DNA of 64,000 nucleotides from NCBI RefSeq assembly GCF_055900595.2, contig NZ_CM148325.1; one strand, 5' to 3'. Shown piece by piece: positions 57,700 to 64,000 of this stretch (position 1 is its first letter; each line of letters starts with the position of its first letter). The notes under the pieces were generated by a model. It saw only the letters and a program-made list of their open reading frames with translations, ran no database searches and was not told where the DNA came from. The position numbers and the translations under genes were made by a program.

Positions 57700-57701
57700 A
57701 G

Positions 57702-58190
57702 ATGCTGGAAGATCTGCGCGCCAACAGCTGGAGTTTACGCCCGTGCTGCATGGTTCTTGCCTATCGCGTTGCTCATTTTTGTTCAGTGTGGCGCAAAAAA
57801 AACGTCCTCAACAATCTGTGGGCGGCCCCGCTGTTGGTGCTGTATCGCATTATCACCGAATGCATTTTCGGTTATGAAATCCAGGCCGCCGCGACCATTG
57901 GCCGACGCTTTACTATCCATCACGGCTATGCCGTAGTGATCAATAAAAACGTGGTCGCGGGGGATGATTTCACCATTCGCCACGGCGTCACTATCGGCAA
58001 TCGTGGTGCCGATAACATGGCATGTCCACACATTGGCAACGGCGTCGAACTCGGTGCCAACGTCATTATTCTCGGCGATATCACGATTGGTAACAACGTT
58101 ACCGTGGGGGCGGGCAGCGTGGTGCTCGACGCAATCCCGGACAACGCGCTGGTGGTGGGAGAAAAAGCGCGAGTGAAGGTAATTAAATGA
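57702..58190 (+). CDS. wcaB: Colanic acid acetyltransferase (hexapeptide repeat)
   Basis: 162-aa ORF. Confidence 0.9.
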   Translation: MLEDLRANSWSLRPCCMVLAYRVAHFCSVWRKKNVLNNLWAAPLLVLYRIITECIFGYEIQAAATIGRRFTIHHGYAVVINKNVVAGDDFTIRHGVTIGNRGADNMACPHIGNGVELGANVIILGDITIGNNVTVGAGSVVLDAIPDNALVVGEKARVKVIK

Positions 58191-59404
58191 ATATTCTGCA
58201 ATTTAATGTGCGACTGGCGGAAGGCGGGGCGGCAGGTGTGGCGTTAGATCTCCACCAGCGCGCGCTGCAACAGGGGCTGGCGTCACATTTTGTCTACGGC
58301 TACGGCAAAGGCGGCAAAGAGAGCGTCAGCCATCAGAACTATCCGCAGGTCATCAAACATACGCCGCGGATGACCGCGATGGCGAACATTGCCCTGTTTC
58401 GTCTGTTTAATCGCGATCTGTTCGGCAATTTCAATGAGTTATATCGCACCATTACTCGCACACCGGGACCGGTGGTCCTGCATTTTCATGTGCTACACAG
58501 CTACTGGTTGAATCTTAAGAGCGTGGTGCGCTTTTGCGAAAAAGTGAAAAACCACAAACCGGACGTCACTCTGGTCTGGACGCTACACGATCACTGGAGC
58601 GTTACCGGACGCTGCGCCTTTACCGACGGTTGTGAAGGCTGGAAAACGGGCTGCCAGAAATGCCCGACCTTAAATAACTATCCGCCGGTGAAGATTGATC
58701 GCGCACACCAGCTGGTGGCGGGCAAACGCCAGTTATTCCGCGAGATGCTGGCGCTGGGCTGTCAGTTTATTTCCCCCAGCCAGCATGTGGCTGATGCTTT
58801 CAATAGTCTGTACGGTCCAGGGCGTTGCCGGATTATCAATAATGGCATTGATATGGCAACCGAAGCGATTCTGGCGGACTTGCCTCCGGTGCGCGAAACC
58901 CAGGGCAAGCCGAAAATCGCGGTGGTGGCGCATGACCTGCGTTACGACGGCAAAACTAACCAGCAACTGGTGCGCGAGATGATAGCGCTGGGCGACAAAA
59001 TCGAACTGCATACCTTCGGTAAGTTCTCGCCGTTCACCGCTGGCAACGTGGTTAATCACGGCTTTGAAACTGACAAGCGCAAGTTGATGAGCGCGCTCAA
59101 TCAGATGGATGCGCTGGTATTCAGTTCTCGCGTCGATAACTACCCGCTGATTTTGTGTGAGGCGCTATCGATTGGTGTGCCGGTGATTGCCACCCATAGC
59201 GATGCGGCGCGGGAAGTGCTGCAAAAATCCGGCGGTCAAACCGTCAGCGAAGAAGAGGTGCTGAAACTGGTGCAGTTAAGCAAACCGGAAATCGCGCAGG
59301 CGATATTTGGTACCACGCTGGCTGAGTTCAGCCAACGCAGCCGCGCCGCCTACAGTGGACAACAGATGCTGGAGGAGTATGTCAACTTCTATCAGAATCT
59401 GTAG
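58187..59404 (+). CDS. wcaC: Colanic acid glycosyltransferase (GT1)
   Basis: 405-aa ORF. Confidence 0.9.
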   Translation: MNILQFNVRLAEGGAAGVALDLHQRALQQGLASHFVYGYGKGGKESVSHQNYPQVIKHTPRMTAMANIALFRLFNRDLFGNFNELYRTITRTPGPVVLHFHVLHSYWLNLKSVVRFCEKVKNHKPDVTLVWTLHDHWSVTGRCAFTDGCEGWKTGCQKCPTLNNYPPVKIDRAHQLVAGKRQLFREMLALGCQFISPSQHVADAFNSLYGPGRCRIINNGIDMATEAILADLPPVRETQGKPKIAVVAHDLRYDGKTNQQLVREMIALGDKIELHTFGKFSPFTAGNVVNHGFETDKRKLMSALNQMDALVFSSRVDNYPLILCEALSIGVPVIATHSDAAREVLQKSGGQTVSEEEVLKLVQLSKPEIAQAIFGTTLAEFSQRSRAAYSGQQMLEEYVNFYQNL

Positions 59405-60596
59405 CTACCTGCTGCTGCCGCTGATTTACCTGCTGGTTAACGTCAAAATCGCCCAGCTTGGCGAAAGTTTCCCCATCACCATCGTCACTTTTTTACCTGT
59501 CTTGTTACTGCTGTTTTTAGAGCGCATCAGCGTTAAAAAATTGATGATTGCCTTAGGGATTGGTGCGGGACTCACGGCGTTTAACTACCTGTTTGGTCAG
59601 TCGCTGGATGCCAGTAAATACGTCACTTCAACTATGCTGTTTGTCTATATTGTGATCATTATTGGCATGGTGTGGAGTATTCGTTTTAAAACAATTTCGC
59701 CACACAACTATCGCAAGATATTACGTTTCTTTTATCTGGTGGTGGGGCTGGTGGTGGCGCTGGCGGCGGTGGAGATGGCGCAAATTATCCTCACTGGCGG
59801 CAGCAGTATTATGGAGTCGATTTCGAAATATCTGATTTACAGCAACAGTTATGTGCTGAATTTCATTAAATTCGGCGGCAAGCGCACGACAGCACTTTAT
59901 TTCGAACCGGCATTTTTCGCTCTGGCATTAATCTCAATTTGGCTCAGCATCAAACAGTTTGGTATCAAAACGCCTAAAACCGATGCTATGATTCTCGCAG
60001 GGATAATATTATCCGGATCGTTTTCAGGGGTTATGACCTTTATCCTGTTTTATTTGTTGGAGTGGGCGTTTCAATATCTGAACAAAGAGGCGATTAAGAA
60101 AAAGTTACCGTTAGCATTGATTTCTCTGGCTGTATTCCTGGTTGGTGTGGTAATCGCGTTTCCTTATATTTCCACCCGCTTGGGCGATTTAGGTACGGAA
60201 GGATCGTCATCGTATTATCGTATTGTCGGTCCACTGGTGATGGTCGGTTATTCTTTGAGCCATATTGACGGTGTAGTCAGATTTGGCTCACTTTATGAAT
60301 ATGTCGCATCATTCGGAATATTTAACGGTGCGGATGTCGGAAAAACCATAGACAATGGTTTGTATCTGCTGATTATTTATTTTTCCTGGTTCGCAGTGCT
60401 TTTATCACTGTGGTACATGGGGAAAGTGATAAAAATGATGATCAACGCTTTTGGTGATAACCGCAATTTTCGCGTGCAATTATATCTTTTCACTCCGGTA
60501 TCGCTGTTTTTTACCGGTTCGATATTTAGCCCGGAATATGCATTTTTAATCGTCTGTCCGTTTATTTTGCGAAAAGCGTTAAATATTACGAGGTAA
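59379..60596 (+). CDS. wcaD: Colanic acid polymerase (Wzy-like)
   Basis: Start at internal ATG ([15 protein letters not shown]...), 405 aa polytopic membrane protein; start uncertain. Confidence 0.8.
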   Translation: MSTSIRICSYLLLPLIYLLVNVKIAQLGESFPITIVTFLPVLLLLFLERISVKKLMIALGIGAGLTAFNYLFGQSLDASKYVTSTMLFVYIVIIIGMVWSIRFKTISPHNYRKILRFFYLVVGLVVALAAVEMAQIILTGGSSIMESISKYLIYSNSYVLNFIKFGGKRTTALYFEPAFFALALISIWLSIKQFGIKTPKTDAMILAGIILSGSFSGVMTFILFYLLEWAFQYLNKEAIKKKLPLALISLAVFLVGVVIAFPYISTRLGDLGTEGSSSYYRIVGPLVMVGYSLSHIDGVVRFGSLYEYVASFGIFNGADVGKTIDNGLYLLIIYFSWFAVLLSLWYMGKVIKMMINAFGDNRNFRVQLYLFTPVSLFFTGSIFSPEYAFLIVCPFILRKALNITR

Positions 60597-60606
60597 GAAT
60601 AAGAAC

Positions 60607-61353
60607 ATGTTGCTTAGCATAATCACTGTCGCGTTTCGTAACCTCGAAGGGATAGTCAAAACACATGCCTCGCTGGCGCATCTGGCGCAGGCGGAAGATA
60701 TCAGCTTCGAATGGATTGTTGTCGATGGCGGTTCCAACGACGGCACCCGTGAGTATCTGGAAAATCTCAATGGTATCTTTAACCTACGCTTTGTCAGCGA
60801 GCCAGATAACGGTATCTACGACGCCATGAACAAAGGCATTGCGATGGCACAAGGCAAGTTCGCGTTGTTTCTCAATTCGGGCGATATTTTTCATCAGGAT
60901 GCCGCAAATTTTGTCCGTAAGTTAAAAATGCAAAAAGATAACATGATGATCACCGGCGATGCGCTGCTGGATTTTGGCGACGGGCATAAAATTAAACGTA
61001 GCGCCAAACCTGGCTGGTATATTTATCACAGCCTGCCCGCCAGTCATCAGGCGATATTTTTCCCTGTATCCGGCTTGAAAAAATGGCGTTATGACCTGGA
61101 ATATAAAGTTTCTTCCGACTACGCGCTGGCAGCCAAAATGTATAAAGCCGGTTATGCATTTAAAAAACTCAATGGCCTGGTGTCTGAATTTTCCATGGGT
61201 GGGGTATCTACCACCAATAATATGGAATTGTGTGCTGACGCGAAAAAAGTCCAACGACAAATATTACATGTGCCTGGCTTTTGGGCTGAATTATCCTGGC
61301 ATTTACGCCAACGTACTACCTCAAAGACGAAAGCCTTATATAACAAAAGCTGA
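60607..61353 (+). CDS. wcaE: Colanic acid glycosyltransferase (GT2)
   Basis: 248-aa ORF. Confidence 0.9.
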   Translation: MLLSIITVAFRNLEGIVKTHASLAHLAQAEDISFEWIVVDGGSNDGTREYLENLNGIFNLRFVSEPDNGIYDAMNKGIAMAQGKFALFLNSGDIFHQDAANFVRKLKMQKDNMMITGDALLDFGDGHKIKRSAKPGWYIYHSLPASHQAIFFPVSGLKKWRYDLEYKVSSDYALAAKMYKAGYAFKKLNGLVSEFSMGGVSTTNNMELCADAKKVQRQILHVPGFWAELSWHLRQRTTSKTKALYNKS

Positions 61354-61368
61354 ATATAAGGGAAAACG

Positions 61369-61917
61369 ATGCAGGATTTAAGTGGATTCTCGGTGCCGAA
61401 AGGGTTCCGGGGTGGCAACGCTATTAAAGTGCAATTGTGGTGGGCAGTACAGGCAACATTATTTGCCTGGTCGCCACAAGTATTGTATCGCTGGCGGGCA
61501 TTTTTATTACGTTTATTCGGCGCAAAAATAGGGAAAAACGTAGTTATTCGTCCGTCAGTAAAAATTACCTATCCGTGGAAATTAACCTTAGGTGATTACG
61601 CGTGGGTCGGCGATGACGTCAATTTATATACCCTCGGTGAAATAACCATTGGCGCACATTCGGTGATATCGCAAAAAAGTTATTTATGCACCGGTAGCCA
61701 CGACCATGCAAGTCAACATTTCACCATTAATGCTACGCCTATTGTGATTGGCGAGAAATGCTGGCTGGCAACCGATGTTTTTGTTGCCCCTGGCGTCACG
61801 ATTGGCGACGGCACCGTCGTGGGTGCACGAAGCAGTGTTTTTAAAACGCTTCCGGCAAATGTGGTTTGCCGGGGGAATCCCGCAGTGGTGATACGCGAAC
61901 GCGTTGAAACTGAATAA
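61369..61917 (+). CDS. wcaF: Colanic acid acetyltransferase (hexapeptide repeat)
   Basis: 182-aa ORF. Confidence 0.9.
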   Translation: MQDLSGFSVPKGFRGGNAIKVQLWWAVQATLFAWSPQVLYRWRAFLLRLFGAKIGKNVVIRPSVKITYPWKLTLGDYAWVGDDVNLYTLGEITIGAHSVISQKSYLCTGSHDHASQHFTINATPIVIGEKCWLATDVFVAPGVTIGDGTVVGARSSVFKTLPANVVCRGNPAVVIRERVETE

Positions 61918-61943
61918 ATTCAAAAAATACAGAGGAATAAGAC

Positions 61944-63065
61944 ATGTCAAAAGTCGCTCTCATCACCGGTGTAACCGGACAAGACGGTTCTTACCTGGCA
62001 GAGTTTCTGCTGGAAAAAGGTTACGAGGTGCATGGTATTAAGCGTCGTGCATCGTCATTCAACACCGAGCGCGTGGATCACATTTATCAGGATCCGCACA
62101 CCTGCAACCCGAAATTCCATCTGCATTATGGCGACCTGAGTGATACCTCCAACCTGACACGCATTTTGCGTGAAGTGCAGCCGGATGAAGTGTATAACCT
62201 GGGCGCAATGAGCCACGTTGCGGTCTCTTTTGAGTCACCGGAATATACCGCAGACGTTGATGCGATGGGTACGCTGCGCCTGCTCGAGGCGATCCGCTTC
62301 CTCGGTCTGGAAAAGAAAACCCGTTTTTATCAGGCTTCCACCTCTGAACTGTACGGTCTGGTGCAGGAAATTCCGCAGAAAGAAACTACGCCGTTCTACC
62401 CGCGATCTCCGTATGCGGTCGCCAAACTGTACGCCTACTGGATCACCGTTAACTACCGCGAATCCTACGGCATGTACGCCTGTAACGGTATTCTCTTCAA
62501 CCATGAATCCCCGCGCCGCGGTGAAACCTTCGTTACCCGCAAAATCACCCGCGCAATCGCCAATATCGCCCAGGGGCTGGAGTCGTGCCTGTACCTCGGC
62601 AATATGGATTCCCTGCGTGACTGGGGCCATGCCAAAGACTACGTAAAAATGCAGTGGATGATGCTGCAACAGGAACAGCCGGAAGATTTCGTTATTGCTA
62701 CCGGCGTTCAGTACTCCGTACGTCAGTTCGTGGAAATGGCGGCAGCACAGTTGGGCATCAAACTGCGCTTTGAAGGCACGGGTGTTGAAGAGAAGGGCAT
62801 TGTGGTTTCCGTCACCGGGCATGACGCGCCGGGCGTTAAACCGGGTGATGTGATTATCGCCGTTGACCCGCGTTACTTCCGTCCGGCAGAAGTTGAAACG
62901 CTGCTCGGCGACCCGACCAAAGCGCACGAAAAACTGGGCTGGAAACCGGAAATCACCCTCAGAGAGATGGTGTCTGAAATGGTGGCTAATGACCTCGAAG
63001 CGGCGAAAAAACACTCTCTGCTGAAATCTCACGGCTACGACGTGGCGATCGCGCTGGAGTCATAA
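61944..63065 (+). CDS. gmd: GDP-mannose 4,6-dehydratase
   Basis: 373-aa [35 protein letters not shown]... Confidence 0.96.
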
Positions 63066-63067
63066 GC

Positions 63068-64000
63068 ATGAGTAAACAACGAGTTTTTATTGCTGGTCAT
63101 CGCGGGATGGTCGGTTCTGCCATCAGGCGGCAGCTCGAACAGCGCGGTGATGTGGAACTGGTATTACGCACCCGCGACGAGCTGAACCTGTTGGACAGCC
63201 GCGCGGTGCATGATTTCTTTGCCAGCGAACGCATTGACCAGGTCTATCTGGCGGCGGCGAAAGTGGGCGGCATTGTTGCTAACAACACCTATCCGGCGGA
63301 TTTCATCTACCAGAACATGATGATTGAGAGCAACATCATTCACGCCGCGCATCAGAACGACGTGAACAAACTGCTGTTTCTCGGATCGTCCTGTATCTAC
63401 CCGAAACTGGCAAAACAGCCGATGGCAGAAAGCGAGTTGTTGCAGGGCACGCTGGAGCCGACTAACGAGCCTTATGCTATTGCCAAAATCGCCGGGATCA
63501 AACTGTGCGAATCTTACAATCGCCAGTACGGACGAGATTACCGTTCAGTCATGCCGACCAACCTGTACGGGCCGCACGACAACTTCCACCCGAGTAATTC
63601 GCATGTGATCCCAGCATTGCTGCGCCGCTTCCACGAGGCGACGGCACAGAATGCACCGGACGTGGTGGTATGGGGCAGCGGTACACCGATGCGTGAATTC
63701 CTGCACGTCGATGATATGGCGGCGGCGAGCATTCATGTCATGGAGCTGGCGCATGAAGTCTGGCTGGAGAACACCCAGCCGATGCTGTCGCACATTAACG
63801 TCGGCACGGGCGTTGACTGCACCATCCGTGAACTGGCGCAAACCATCGCCAAAGTGGTGGGTTACAAAGGTCGGGTGGTTTTTGATGCCAGCAAACCGGA
63901 TGGTACGCCGCGCAAACTGCTGGATGTGACGCGCCTGCATCAGCTTGGCTGGTATCACGAAATCTCACTGGAAGCGGGGCTTGCCAGCACTTACCAGTGG
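63068..64000 (+). CDS. fcl: GDP-L-fucose synthase (partial; runs off window end, so absent from the ORF track)
   Basis: ATG at 63068; [19 protein letters not shown]... Rossmann motif; open to window end. Confidence 0.9.
   Translation, partial: MSKQRVFIAGHRGMVGSAIRRQLEQRGDVELVLRTRDELNLLDSRAVHDFFASERIDQVYLAAAKVGGIVANNTYPADFIYQNMMIESNIIHAAHQNDVNKLLFLGSSCIYPKLAKQPMAESELLQGTLEPTNEPYAIAKIAGIKLCESYNRQYGRDYRSVMPTNLYGPHDNFHPSNSHVIPALLRRFHEATAQNAPDVVVWGSGTPMREFLHVDDMAAASIHVMELAHEVWLENTQPMLSHINVGTGVDCTIRELAQTIAKVVGYKGRVVFDASKPDGTPRKLLDVTRLHQLGWYHEISLEAGLASTYQW

Noticed and set aside
59307-59378. N-terminal 24-codon extension of the wcaD ORF overlapping the wcaC 3' end
   Set aside because: The internal ATG gives the expected 405-aa membrane protein; the extension is hydrophilic and lies inside wcaC coding sequence.
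62235-63032. 265-aa minus-strand ORF inside gmd
   Set aside because: Antisense shadow of a highly conserved gene; arginine- and phenylalanine-rich low-complexity translation typical of non-coding frames.

Overview
This window is a contiguous stretch of Escherichia coli chromosome, read in reverse orientation relative to K-12 numbering, running from the rcnRAB nickel/cobalt efflux locus to the start of the colanic-acid capsule cluster. Gene identities come from reading the translated ORFs and from recalled synteny; no database search was run. In order: 3' end of a fimbrial gene, rcnB, rcnA, rcnR, an AT-rich island, TPP riboswitch-thiMD, yegX (in-frame stop), yegW, yegVUT, fbaB, gatYZABCD-gatR (gatR intact), yegS, yegR, yegQ, an unexpected 466-aa HEAT-repeat-like ORF, yegP, baeRS-mdtDCBA, three tandem ibs/sib type I toxin-antitoxin repeats, yegLKJI, yegD, alkA, dgcE (yegE), udk, dcd, asmA, yegH, then wza-wzb-wzc-wcaABCDEF-gmd-fcl (fcl truncated by the window end). 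No IS transposase, integrase, CRISPR array, tRNA or rRNA was found. The strongest candidates for something undescribed are the HEAT-repeat ORF between yegQ and yegP, the AT-rich island between rcnR and thiM, and a 0.35-kb structured segment between inverted REP units downstream of asmA. The core-genome yegI/yegK/yegL kinase-phosphatase-vWA module is also flagged as under-characterised.
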